Virus record (IMG/VR): IMGVR_UViG_3300020447_000005
DNA: 64,000 bases
Direction: 5' to 3' (one strand)
Origin: an uncultured virus (IMG/VR IMGVR_UViG_3300020447_000005)
Taxonomy: Duplodnaviria; Heunggongvirae; Uroviricota; Caudoviricetes
How positions within the stretch are numbered: position 1 is the first letter of the stretch; every line of letters starts with the position of its first letter. Shown here one piece after another: positions 37,697 through 46,599 of the stretch. A program made the position numbers and the translations under genes. Under the pieces are notes generated by a model. That model was not told where the DNA came from. It worked only from the letters and a program-made list of their open reading frames with translations, and did not search any database.

Positions 37697-37886
37697 GTGA
37701 GTGGCCGCCGCTAAGCAACCAAACTTGTAATGAACCATAGGACGTTTTCATTACACCACCTATTACCGGGCCTTTTCGCCAGGGTAATACGCCTGTCGTT
37801 GAATGACTTCCGTGCATAACACCGACTCCTAACCTATTGACGTCCGCAATAAAGTCATCCAGCCCATCATAACGGCAACTACACTC
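37697..37886 (-). ncRNA. Candidate structured RNA (about 190 nt, multi-stem with loop-loop pseudoknot)
   Basis: Stems GGATGACTTT/GAAGTCATTC, TATTG/CAATA, TATTACC/GGTAATA, TGTAATGAA/TTCATTACA, TGGTTGC/GCGGCCA and GAGTG/CACTC. Loops GGACGT and ACGTCC are complementary. Confidence 0.55.
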
Positions 37887-38137
37887 TAACGTCGAGTATA
37901 GTTTTTGTACGCTCGCCCACCTACCGACTCTTGGTGCCGATGATAAGCCGCAGGACACTCGCACTCTGTAGAAAGCTGTGCGAGTACTCTACGAATAGAA
38001 GCCTCTCCTTGGCCCCACACAGGACCTACCATGGTAGAAGACGCATGGCATTCTGCAAACACACAAGGTTGTTTATGCCCTTTGTCGTTTTTTCTGACCA
38101 CAAAATGTATCGTCGCACTCGACTTTCGTCGCCACAT
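37886..38137 (-). CDS. Small hypothetical protein (Cys/His-containing)
   Basis: MWRRK...ECHAS...CECPAAYH, on the coding strand. Confidence 0.5.
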   Translation of the reverse strand: MWRRKSSATIHFVVRKNDKGHKQPCVFAECHASSTMVGPVWGQGEASIRRVLAQLSTECECPAAYHRHQESVGGRAYKNYTRR

Positions 38138-38150
38138 AAGAAGCCCCAAT

Positions 38151-38189
38151 AAAAAAGAACTGAGAAAGGTTCCACCTCGCTCAGTCCTC
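38151..38189 (-). terminator. Intrinsic terminator
   Basis: AGGACTGAG...CTCAGTTCT followed by TTTTT. Confidence 0.7.
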
Positions 38190-38264
38190 TACGGTGTGTC
38201 CCCCTAAAGGAGACGCCTACAATATAACAAGACTATGCTTAGGTAACTACCACCCTACACCATT

Positions 38265-38744
38265 TTATCCGGTTTCTCTACGGAATTCTTGTCCTATAAG
38301 CTCTTTAACCTTTTCTAAATCCGTTGCGTGTCTTTGATCAACTAAACTTAACATCTTTGCTACCAGCGGCTCAAAACGCTCTTCCTTAGTAATCCCCACA
38401 GAAATAAGCTCATGAAGCATAGCTAAAAAAAAGGCAACCATATGTCTGCTCCACACACTAGCCTGCTCAGTCTCCACGGCCAATTCATCAATAGGACTTA
38501 TTTTCTCCACTTCGACGGTGTGCCCAGCAGAAAGAAGCAGTTGCTTAGCATCATCCAAATAAACAAATACGCACACAATCGAAGTATCCACAATTGTACC
38601 GGAAACCATACACGGAAAAGAAGAAGGAGAATCTGTATCCCCCCATGTGACCGTATCCGACTCAATGCCGTGTTGCAATAAAAAATCCGCTTTAAACTTT
38701 TCCCACTCTTCGATCGTCGTCAATGTTAGTAAACGTGACGTCAT
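38265..38744 (-). CDS. Hypothetical protein
   Basis: 159-aa ORF on the coding strand. Confidence 0.6.
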   Translation of the reverse strand: MTSRLLTLTTIEEWEKFKADFLLQHGIESDTVTWGDTDSPSSFPCMVSGTIVDTSIVCVFVYLDDAKQLLLSAGHTVEVEKISPIDELAVETEQASVWSRHMVAFFLAMLHELISVGITKEERFEPLVAKMLSLVDQRHATDLEKVKELIGQEFRRETG

Positions 38745-38754
38745 GTTTACACTT

Positions 38755-38961
38755 TCAATCGTTAGTAACGTTCAGCAAATACCAAGTAGCAATCTCAGTC
38801 TTTGAATGCACGTTCAATTTTTTTCGAATACGAGCGGCATAGGTTTTAATAGTCTCATAACCGAGACTTAACTCCACAGCAATCTCACGGTACTTCTTTC
38901 CTTTAACTATCAAACGTATTACATCTAATTCACGATCACTTAAAGTAATATCAGTAGCCAT
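38755..38961 (-). CDS. Stand-alone LuxR/GerE-type HTH transcription regulator
   Basis: LSDRELDVIRLIVKGKKYREIAVELSLGYETIKTYAARIRKKLNV. Confidence 0.9.
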   Translation of the reverse strand: MATDITLSDRELDVIRLIVKGKKYREIAVELSLGYETIKTYAARIRKKLNVHSKTEIATWYLLNVTND

Positions 38962-38977
38962 AGACTTCCCCCCTCAA

Positions 38978-39838
38978 TCAGTAAACTGATTCCAACTCTA
39001 AAGGCCACTGACGAATATGTGAACCACTTATAGTACATGCCGCAGCGTCTTTTCCTGCGACGTCCACAACTTCATTTGGAAACATGTACCCGCCTAATAT
39101 TTCGTCAATCTCGTGAGACCAAGCCAATACTTGTTCTCTTGTCCAAGTTAACGGTAATCTACTTCCTTGCATCCGATGATATTCAATGCCTCGCTGATTG
39201 TCACTATGTACTCCCTGCATAAATAACAACCCCTCCTCTTTACCAGATAAATGACGATATTTTTGAGCAGGAAATACAGAAGCTAAACTACCAAGAACCA
39301 CAGCGGGCCAATGCCCGTGTGGATGACCATGCAACAAAGCCTCACAACAAAAATCATCTCGGCTAACAATCAAGCTACTGACCGCGCATTTCGAGACGGG
39401 CGTGCCTCCTGGCTGCCGATAATCTGTAACGAACAATTCATCGGTGTCATAGAAATAATAAAAAGACAGCTCTACAACCGTGGCAGACTCTTTTGATTTC
39501 TTTAATTGAGATGATAGTCGGGTAGAGTGAGACAAATTATCGTCCGACCAAACCGCGATATAATTGCCAGTAGATTGCTTAAAAGCCTCCAACGCACTCA
39601 AGCTAATGTTTATTTTGTCCGAAAGTATTAACTTGATCCTCTTGTCCTGTGAGACAAACTCTCTAACTGCCTCAGTATTAAGCCAATCTGCGATTTTGTT
39701 GCGGTATTCCCCGTCCATAACTGCTATCAATAGTTCGCTATTCTCGTAGTCCTGCATTGCAAAATTACATATAGCTCTCTGCAATAAACCAAAGCGAGAC
39801 GGCTTAGAAACACATATAGCAGAAATCATGTCGGACAT
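38978..39838 (-). CDS. GT2-like glycosyltransferase (divergent)
   Basis: ISAIC...QDYENSELLI...GNYIAVWSDDNLSHSTRL. Confidence 0.7.
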   Translation of the reverse strand: MSDMISAICVSKPSRFGLLQRAICNFAMQDYENSELLIAVMDGEYRNKIADWLNTEAVREFVSQDKRIKLILSDKINISLSALEAFKQSTGNYIAVWSDDNLSHSTRLSSQLKKSKESATVVELSFYYFYDTDELFVTDYRQPGGTPVSKCAVSSLIVSRDDFCCEALLHGHPHGHWPAVVLGSLASVFPAQKYRHLSGKEEGLLFMQGVHSDNQRGIEYHRMQGSRLPLTWTREQVLAWSHEIDEILGGYMFPNEVVDVAGKDAAACTISGSHIRQWPLELESVY

Positions 39839-40689
39839 TAGATAGCCTCAGGGTCTAACCAAGGTTTAATATCCGTCGGTGCCTCGGCACATACAGAGTA
39901 CCAGTTAGCAATAACATTTCGCAGGGATAGTCCATCAGCTTTTAATCGCAAAGCTGAATCCCAACGGCTTGTTTCTTCCGCAGAAAGCGGAGGGCGACCT
40001 AAAAACGAAAAAAGCTGAGGAGACAAAGAAGAAAAATCCGTCATTAACTCCTCGTAGGAAAGCTCTAATCTGTCCTCGCACATTGCGGCTACTTTAACTT
40101 CAGCAGCCAAATGTTCTCGCACAAAGTCATACAGTTCATCTAAGTCTAAATGTACTGGTGACACAGCACTAAAGAACCTTGCAGGCAATAAACTAGGGTG
40201 GCCCACAATATCGGTATATCCTCGATCAAACTTCGAGGCGGACGGCGGCGATAGAACATTGCCCGCATTTTCCCATATCTTTAAAGACGTAAAACATGCA
40301 ACCGGATTACGCTTTAAATGGATGACACAAAAATCACCTGTGCGATCCCACCCAGAAAAATAATCCCACAAATCCCTGGCGTATAAATGCGGATAAAGCA
40401 CAGACACTCCGATAACCTCCTCATGATTAAGGGGGTTATCGAAAATTTTATTGGTTAAATACTGTTCCCCAGAAATGTGACCTTCTACTAACCAATCTGG
40501 TGTACTACCTGCATCGCCAAAATAACTCTCATGATAGTACCTACGCACAGCATCATCCGGGTCCAACAATACGGAGTGACAAGTCATTTTGGGGTGATCA
40601 CACAGAATTGCTGACAAATACTTGTCGCCGCAGCAAACCTGCCCCGTAACAACTATATTTAATGTCGTAGGAGGTTCAAATAACACCAT
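39838..40689 (-). CDS. Sulfotransferase-like protein (Stf0-like, degenerate P-loop)
   Basis: VIHLKRNP...S and LELSYEEL motifs. The 5'-PSB loop reads GQVCCGD instead of the usual G..RSGS/T. Confidence 0.6.
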   Translation of the reverse strand: MVLFEPPTTLNIVVTGQVCCGDKYLSAILCDHPKMTCHSVLLDPDDAVRRYYHESYFGDAGSTPDWLVEGHISGEQYLTNKIFDNPLNHEEVIGVSVLYPHLYARDLWDYFSGWDRTGDFCVIHLKRNPVACFTSLKIWENAGNVLSPPSASKFDRGYTDIVGHPSLLPARFFSAVSPVHLDLDELYDFVREHLAAEVKVAAMCEDRLELSYEELMTDFSSLSPQLFSFLGRPPLSAEETSRWDSALRLKADGLSLRNVIANWYSVCAEAPTDIKPWLDPEAI

Positions 40690-40694
40690 GTAGT

Positions 40695-42176
40695 TTAAAC
40701 GCCTGCCGGTTCAACTTTCTCCACTGCGTCTTCGTTAGAATGCATTCTAATAGTTGTGGCTAAACCCGCCTTTTCCATAACACTTCGAGTGTATTCCAAA
40801 TGATCAGGTGGAATATCCGAAGCAACGCTATTCGCGTGGGCGACAGAAGCAAACCGACCAAAAAACTCTTCCCGAGACGACTTATTCCTTGTGTGATAAT
40901 ACGCAATAGTTGTACAAGGACCAGGAAACCAATCCGGCGAAGTGGGTAATACTACAGTCTTAGCTTTGCCGAAATTACGCTCGATAAATTCCCGGTCTTC
41001 TCCGGCATCTATCATATCAGCGTCATATAAATTTAACTTACCGTCATCACGCGTTCTAGGAAACAATACGGTGCCCGGCAACCCGCTAGGATCCGCAAGC
41101 AGGCACAACATGTTACGCTCGATATCAATACGTACTTGCTCAGAAAGTGTGACGCAACATCCAGGTTGCCGAACAGCCATCTGAATAAAAATACGATGTA
41201 AATGATTATGGTCGTCATCGTCTATCGTAAGAATCCACTCGCCGCTAGCTTCCTCTATGGCTTTATTTCGCAACGCGCCGATAGTGGGATATTGAACAGG
41301 ATCAACACGAAATTCTTTTAATCTATCCCACTTATCATCTAGAACAGCGTAAGTAGGAGAAGCAGATACAATGATTACTTCGAAATTTGGATAGGTTTGG
41401 CGTAAAAAGGACGTTACCGTAGAACGAGCTAGATTAATACGCTCATCCTCGCCTGTAACCAAAATCGCCGAAACCTTGGGCATCAGCTGCCCCACAGAGT
41501 GGTCTGCGAGACCTCGCGGGCCGTCTAAACTAACCTTGTCCATGTCTATAGCTCCTTCCTTAGGCGTAAGAATTAAAAATCCTTGCTGTCTATAATCTCT
41601 AGTAAAGTTATGCGTACCACCAAAAGCCTCCTCTATAAATCCAATACCTCCCATGCCATATTTTTCATTAAACCCAGGAGGATTAGGTATCTCAACTCCG
41701 CTATCACCCACACGTACTTGAAGATCGTCAATAATAAAAACATCTGATGATTTTGGCCTTAATGATTTTATAACTTCAATCTCACCCTCTAGGGGCATAT
41801 GAATAGAAGGTTGATCTGCCATATGATCATGATCATTAAGGCCCAAATCTGCCCCAGGAAAGTGTGCGTCTAACCAAAAGAGTATAGGCACGTTCACATC
41901 AACATCAGAAAGAACACTTTTCAATCCAGATATTGTATCAATACGTAATAACGATAATCTATCATCAACAATAGTATTTTTACAGTGTTCGTGTAGCTCA
42001 TCAACGTACTCAAAAGAATATAATTCAAAAAAAGAATATCTCAACGCATGAGTTATTCCAACACCAAAACCAGTTCCTGATTCAATAAAAACAGCGCACC
42101 CGTAATTATCCATATAAGTCTGTAAATTATGTAAAAACAAATCGCTCACGATTAATCTACCGTAACAACTAAACAT
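40695..42176 (-). CDS. Fusion of a methyltransferase-like domain and a GT2 glycosyltransferase
   Basis: N-part FIESGT..G.G, FWLDAH and IIDD. C-part FLRQTYPNFEVIIV, IGALRN and IDDDD. Confidence 0.75.
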   Translation of the reverse strand: MFSCYGRLIVSDLFLHNLQTYMDNYGCAVFIESGTGFGVGITHALRYSFFELYSFEYVDELHEHCKNTIVDDRLSLLRIDTISGLKSVLSDVDVNVPILFWLDAHFPGADLGLNDHDHMADQPSIHMPLEGEIEVIKSLRPKSSDVFIIDDLQVRVGDSGVEIPNPPGFNEKYGMGGIGFIEEAFGGTHNFTRDYRQQGFLILTPKEGAIDMDKVSLDGPRGLADHSVGQLMPKVSAILVTGEDERINLARSTVTSFLRQTYPNFEVIIVSASPTYAVLDDKWDRLKEFRVDPVQYPTIGALRNKAIEEASGEWILTIDDDDHNHLHRIFIQMAVRQPGCCVTLSEQVRIDIERNMLCLLADPSGLPGTVLFPRTRDDGKLNLYDADMIDAGEDREFIERNFGKAKTVVLPTSPDWFPGPCTTIAYYHTRNKSSREEFFGRFASVAHANSVASDIPPDHLEYTRSVMEKAGLATTIRMHSNEDAVEKVEPAGV

Positions 42177-42199
42177 ATACCTTATAAGGTATACTCACC

Positions 42200-42505
42200 T
42201 TAACAATGTAACACTCCTGGGACATTCGTCAAAGTAACCGCAAGGCCGTCTTCCCATATAGAACAGTCCACAGGAACGGCTAAAAAATCGCCTTCTGCTA
42301 CTGTTTCCGAAGACGCTCCCTTATCCGTTAAACGAATAAAAACAACGCTCCCCCACGACACCAAAAATTCATGCTCTAAAACGTCTAAGGGATACGTACA
42401 ATTAGAAGCCCTACCATTAACCGATATTAGAAGGTTACGGTATTGTGTGCCAGTCGTCAGCTTGGAAAAAACGACTTTAACCTTACATCTGTCAAACTGA
42501 GACAT
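42200..42505 (-). CDS. Hypothetical protein
   Basis: 101 aa. No SD; the ATG abuts the ncRNA closing stem. Confidence 0.4.
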   Translation of the reverse strand: MSQFDRCKVKVVFSKLTTGTQYRNLLISVNGRASNCTYPLDVLEHEFLVSWGSVVFIRLTDKGASSETVAEGDFLAVPVDCSIWEDGLAVTLTNVPGVLHC

Positions 42506-42805
42506 AAAAACGGTAATTTGCAGGGGGATTGTAACCCAAAACTGCCATGGAAAACAGCATTAGCGAAAATCAAGCTTATTGTTCGGGAAGTTTGATTAAA
42601 CGCTACCATCTTTAGAGACTTTCAGCAACAACATATCAAACAACTGTTGTAAGGAATCCAGCTAGGCTTCGGGGGCCTGGCCGAAAAACAACTGTTTACT
42701 TGTCCCGTCGCATACATACCCGTTACCTCATCATCCATGATAAAGTGCGAGAAAAGTCGCTAACGTCTTAGTTAGACCACGCAAATTACCGTCCAAGAAG
42801 AAAGC
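42506..42805 (-). ncRNA. Candidate large structured ncRNA (about 290 nt) with its own promoter
   Basis: Perfect 12-bp closing stem ACGGTAATTTGC/GCAAATTACCGT (42510-42521 with 42781-42792) followed by a U run. Many internal stems whose G-U pairs favour the minus strand. No ORF. Confidence 0.65.
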
Positions 42806-42811
42806 GTAACG

Positions 42812-42840
42812 AAGCTAGCACACCCTACAACAACCGTCAA
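42812..42840 (-). promoter_or_regulatory. Sigma70-type promoter driving the ncRNA
   Basis: TTGACG-17 nt-TAGCTT with an extended -10 TG. Confidence 0.7.
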
Positions 42841-42870
42841 TACACCGAGAATAGTTCGTATTTTACGAAC

Positions 42871-43170
42871 TTAACGGCACCAACAATTGCCATAAGGCCC
42901 ACGAGAATAAAACGGAGCCGAATTCCAGTGCATTCGGCCCGGAGCCCAATGCAGATGATTGCCATGGCGGTAATAGCGGCCTGAACTCCAATTCCATTGA
43001 CCGCCCCGATATGGATTACCGTAGGGACTCACACCAAATCCCAGTTGAAAATTAAACAAACCAGTAGGCCTAACAGAAAACCCGGAGCGAAAATTTTGGG
43101 CTGCCCCTTCATTCACACTGACTAGCCATAAACCTATTACCGCAACAAAGACAAGAGCCAATTTTTTCAT
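42871..43170 (-). CDS. Secreted Gly/Tyr/His-rich small protein
   Basis: Signal peptide MKKLALVFVAVIGLWLV...GAAQ, then YYRHGNHLHWAPG. AAGGAG SD. Confidence 0.65.
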   Translation of the reverse strand: MKKLALVFVAVIGLWLVSVNEGAAQNFRSGFSVRPTGLFNFQLGFGVSPYGNPYRGGQWNWSSGRYYRHGNHLHWAPGRMHWNSAPFYSRGPYGNCWCR

Positions 43171-43228
43171 TACGTTTCTCCTTTAGTAATGAAGCTTAGA
43201 ATTATGAAGTCCATTTCACTAAATACTC

Positions 43229-43351
43229 TTACCACCATCCTACCTTAGTGCCAATCAAATACACACCAGCCAATACACCTCCTACAGCCGCTACTCTTCG
43301 GACAATCCGATACTTTCTCAAAAAATCCATGATAGGTCTGTTTCGCGACAT
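43229..43351 (-). CDS. 40-aa membrane peptide (not in the ORF track)
   Basis: GGGAG SD. MSRNRPIMDFLRKYRIVRRVAAVGGVLAGVYLIGTKVGWW. Confidence 0.55.
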   Translation of the reverse strand: MSRNRPIMDFLRKYRIVRRVAAVGGVLAGVYLIGTKVGWW

Positions 43352-43394
43352 TGAATACTTCTCCCGCTACAAATTTCTAGTTACCAACCGTCTA

Positions 43395-43748
43395 TCACTT
43401 CTCGCCTGTGTATACTCGCCAAATGCGAGCATAATGCGCTCCCCAGCTATCTCGATGAGGACGACGCTCCGGAGTTCCATTCTCTAACTGATCCGTCGCA
43501 TGCGCCCACTCGTGCATTAATGTATCAATTGCCGTATCTAGCGACAATCCACGAGCTACCTCAATTACAAACTTTTTTGTTTTTCCTCGTGTCGTCGTAG
43601 ACGAATAACAAGCGCCAAATAGTAAGTCACCGCTATCAACGCACCGCAGCTTTTCTACAGTTCTAACAACTACAGGAACCCCTAACGGAAACTCCTTACG
43701 AAGAAACCTAGCAACCTTGTCAAATTTTTTGCCGTATACACTGCCCAT
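43395..43748 (-). CDS. Small zincin/SprT-like HExxH metalloprotein
   Basis: DTLMHEWAHA...PHRDSW. Confidence 0.75.
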   Translation of the reverse strand: MGSVYGKKFDKVARFLRKEFPLGVPVVVRTVEKLRCVDSGDLLFGACYSSTTTRGKTKKFVIEVARGLSLDTAIDTLMHEWAHATDQLENGTPERRPHRDSWGAHYARIWRVYTGEK

Positions 43749-43778
43749 CTACCTACATCACATACAGGATTAGAGTGA

Positions 43779-44540
43779 TTATCTTTTCTTCCACCCCTTA
43801 ACCTTTTTATGTTTATAAACCTTCCCATGATAAACATACTGCTTGTCCACAACACAAATCTGTTCGACATGAAAACGAGCGCCATTGAACCAGACAACGG
43901 ACCAGCCATTCTGCCAGTCGGGTTTTACAACGTATTCAGGGTCTAACGTGCAAAGACACCCGTTTTCCCAGGCACCCATCATATCGCCATATGTGCGGTG
44001 ATAGTGGGCACCAAGCCGATGAGTATGGCCGTGAATGACGTTACAGCCAAACTTATCCATATGGCCCTTGGCAGAAGCGCCGCTAGCGCGGCGAACAAGC
44101 TCCCCGTGTATGAATAGAAGAGAACCTACTTTATAGGGGCTATGCGCATCAACCCACTCGATATCGTAGTCTCGCAGCTGTAATAGCTCTTCAAACGCTA
44201 AAGTACGTAAATGACTAAGCGCACGAGCCTGACTCCAAAGATACCGGCGAAGTCTATTCTCGTGGTTACCCTCGGAATAAATAATACGTGATTTTGGGCA
44301 AACACTGCGTAGACGTCGAAAATAAGACGCCGCTCCGTCTAACTCATCCTGTAACGTTACAAGACGGGTCGGGTCCTTGTCGAACCGAGACAGTGAATAA
44401 AAATCAAGTACGTCGCCGAGTAAATGGATAGTCGTAGGCTTGTGTTCTTTGAGAAAATCTACAGTAAGATCTTCAAGAACAGGATCTTGAAAGGGAATGT
44501 GTTGATCACTCAACACGACATGCATTTCGGATGTCGCCAT
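43779..44540 (-). CDS. Calcineurin-like metallophosphoesterase
   Basis: SDQH, GDVLD, GNHE, HG and GHTH motifs. Confidence 0.9.
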   Translation of the reverse strand: MATSEMHVVLSDQHIPFQDPVLEDLTVDFLKEHKPTTIHLLGDVLDFYSLSRFDKDPTRLVTLQDELDGAASYFRRLRSVCPKSRIIYSEGNHENRLRRYLWSQARALSHLRTLAFEELLQLRDYDIEWVDAHSPYKVGSLLFIHGELVRRASGASAKGHMDKFGCNVIHGHTHRLGAHYHRTYGDMMGAWENGCLCTLDPEYVVKPDWQNGWSVVWFNGARFHVEQICVVDKQYVYHGKVYKHKKVKGWKKR

Positions 44541-44636
44541 TCACTGTTCCCTCCGTGGTGAGTGAATAGTCCATGTAGCGTGTGCTTAATTTAGCATTAT
44601 TCCCCTTAGTAATGGAATAGAAATACGTGGTTTAAT

Positions 44637-45680
44637 CTAATCTATCCACAACCAATGCTCATTTTTGTCATACCATTTAATTATACGTTCAAGAGTTTGA
44701 TCAAAGCTGAATGGCGCAGAAAAACCCGTAGATTTAAGGTTTTTATCGATCAAAGCATAACGTCGATCATAACCTGGACGAACCTCGTCCCCCCGTACTA
44801 AAGAATAATCTAAATCTTTGCCTATTTTTTGCGCTACGAGCTTGGCTAAAGAAAGAACATCCAGTTCTGTTTCACCTACAACATGGAACTTACATGGTCG
44901 ATCTGCCCCGTCATCCATAAACACAGGATCGACCGTCTCGCAAATATGCGTTAACGCAGCACCCATGTTTTTTACGTCCAACCAAACACGGCGTGCAATC
45001 TTATCCTCATCGTCTGCGTGCACCTGAATCGCCTCACCCGCATGCAAACAAGAAACCACACGAGGTAGAAACTTCTCTGGGTCCTGCATCTCACCTATTA
45101 CATTCATTGTGTTCGTAATCATCACGGGCAGCTTGTAAGTACGCCAGTAAGCAACTGCAAGTGCCTCCTGAGCCGCCTTGCTAGCAGAGTAAGGATTACT
45201 AGGAAGAATTGTCGCCCATTCTTCGTGCCCTGGGCCATCCCAGCCAGCATCGCCGTATACCTCATCTGTGCTAACTTGAATGAACTTCTTAACTTGTAAA
45301 AGCCTACCAAGCTCTAGCATGTTATATATCAAATGGCAGTTGTTGATCCAACAACGACCAGGTTCGGAGATACTTCTCGTTACATGACTATCACTTGCCA
45401 TGTTGATGATGTAATCAACCGCTTTACCGTGCTCCAGAATAAGCTGACGTTTAAAGCTCTCGCTAAACTCGTCGGACAAATCCCACCGATAGATAGTCAA
45501 ACGAGTTCTTTCCGCATCAGACAAATCAGCAAGAATCTCGGTCAACCTATTACGGTCACATTTATGATGCGGTTTCCAGCTATCAATGCCGATTAACTCC
45601 CAGTCTGTGTGCTTGAGAATCCATTCAGCAGTGTGTGCGCCAATAAACCCACCAATTCCAGTCAGTAGCAGTTTCGGCAT
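44637..45680 (-). CDS. rmlB: dTDP-glucose 4,6-dehydratase
   Basis: TGIGGFIG, ASDSHVTRS, STDEVYG, PYSASKA and RPGYDRRY. Start revised to MPKLL. Confidence 0.85.
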   Translation of the reverse strand: MPKLLLTGIGGFIGAHTAEWILKHTDWELIGIDSWKPHHKCDRNRLTEILADLSDAERTRLTIYRWDLSDEFSESFKRQLILEHGKAVDYIINMASDSHVTRSISEPGRCWINNCHLIYNMLELGRLLQVKKFIQVSTDEVYGDAGWDGPGHEEWATILPSNPYSASKAAQEALAVAYWRTYKLPVMITNTMNVIGEMQDPEKFLPRVVSCLHAGEAIQVHADDEDKIARRVWLDVKNMGAALTHICETVDPVFMDDGADRPCKFHVVGETELDVLSLAKLVAQKIGKDLDYSLVRGDEVRPGYDRRYALIDKNLKSTGFSAPFSFDQTLERIIKWYDKNEHWLWID

Positions 45681-45682
45681 CT

Positions 45683-45698
45683 TAAATTCCACTATTTA
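45683..45698 (-). promoter_or_regulatory. 16-bp TAAATAGTGGAATTTA element
   Basis: Lies 2 nt upstream of the ATG at 45680. No SD. Confidence 0.55.
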
Positions 45699-45700
45699 GC

Positions 45701-46597
45701 TTACTTTGAAATACTCTCTACGTCTGGGTACTCGGACTGGGACCAGCCCGCTAACTTGTTTATGAAAACCGATGGATTTGCCATTAAATCCTCGTAAAAC
45801 GCTTTGTACGGATAGTTAGGGTCCGCGTAAAAGTCCCCGTAGCCGTATTTTCCGCCATGCCTGAGAGAATCGTGGGGGGTGAGACGGTATTTCTCAGGGC
45901 GCAACTGCTTCTGCCCTCGCCCCGCCCCAAAAGTATGGTGGTAGAACATGTCGTAGTATACCCCACAAGCAACAAAATGAAGATTATATTGATTTGTGCG
46001 CATCAAAGGAAACACTCTATCCCGTAAAGCAGCCTCCTGATAGTTAATGTGCACATCATGCTCAACATGGCCTAGAAAATCTTTACCTAAAGACGCAAGA
46101 TAATTTAACTCTGAAAACCTGAACTCCAAGTTATTCAATCCCGCCCTAGTTGTGTACAAAACAGCTATATGCCACCGAAACTCACACAGCTCGGGCCGCA
46201 CCATTACGGCTATCTCTTTTTCTTGCGAAGATGGGCGGCAACGACCACACATCTTATCCGACAACAAAGGCTCCCAATTTTTTCTAATAGGAAAAGCGTC
46301 GTTGTCTAGAAATAGAAACCGGTCGTACTCGTTTTGAACACTAAGAAAATAATTGTGAAGTCCTATAAGACCTTTTAAATGCACTAAAGAATCGTGCATA
46401 TGCAAAGGATCTTCGGACAATGTACCAACAACTTTAACTTTATTATCAAATGCGCTAGTGTCAGAGTAACTAACAAAGGCCACTTGGTCAAAGTTCTGTG
46501 TCGTCGCTTGGAGATATGCTGATTGTAATTGAAACCATTCTTGTTGTTGTTTTGAACTGTTAGCATAAACACTACCCACTAACAATTTATGAGCCAC
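45701..46597 (-). CDS. Putative GT-A fold glycosyltransferase
   Basis: FLFLDNDAFP (DxD), in the glycan island. Confidence 0.55.
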   Translation of the reverse strand: MAHKLLVGSVYANSSKQQQEWFQLQSAYLQATTQNFDQVAFVSYSDTSAFDNKVKVVGTLSEDPLHMHDSLVHLKGLIGLHNYFLSVQNEYDRFLFLDNDAFPIRKNWEPLLSDKMCGRCRPSSQEKEIAVMVRPELCEFRWHIAVLYTTRAGLNNLEFRFSELNYLASLGKDFLGHVEHDVHINYQEAALRDRVFPLMRTNQYNLHFVACGVYYDMFYHHTFGAGRGQKQLRPEKYRLTPHDSLRHGGKYGYGDFYADPNYPYKAFYEDLMANPSVFINKLAGWSQSEYPDVESISK

Positions 46598-46599
46598 AT

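Noticed and set aside
37689..37964. 91-aa ORF
   Set aside because: No SD, overlaps another ORF, and coincides with dense RNA stems. A non-coding structure is the more economical explanation.
42510..42792. Group I intron on the plus strand (AGAGACTT...GAGAAAAGTC resembles R/S and P7)
   Set aside because: No convincing P/Q elements or exons. The promoter and most G-U pairs favour the minus strand.
42510..42792. tRNA, tmRNA or RNase P RNA
   Set aside because: The T-arm-like GGG-TTACAAT-CCC lacks TTC. There is no proper acceptor/CCA end or tag frame. The GAAAGTC and AACAATAAGCTT similarity to RNase P is weak and too closely spaced.
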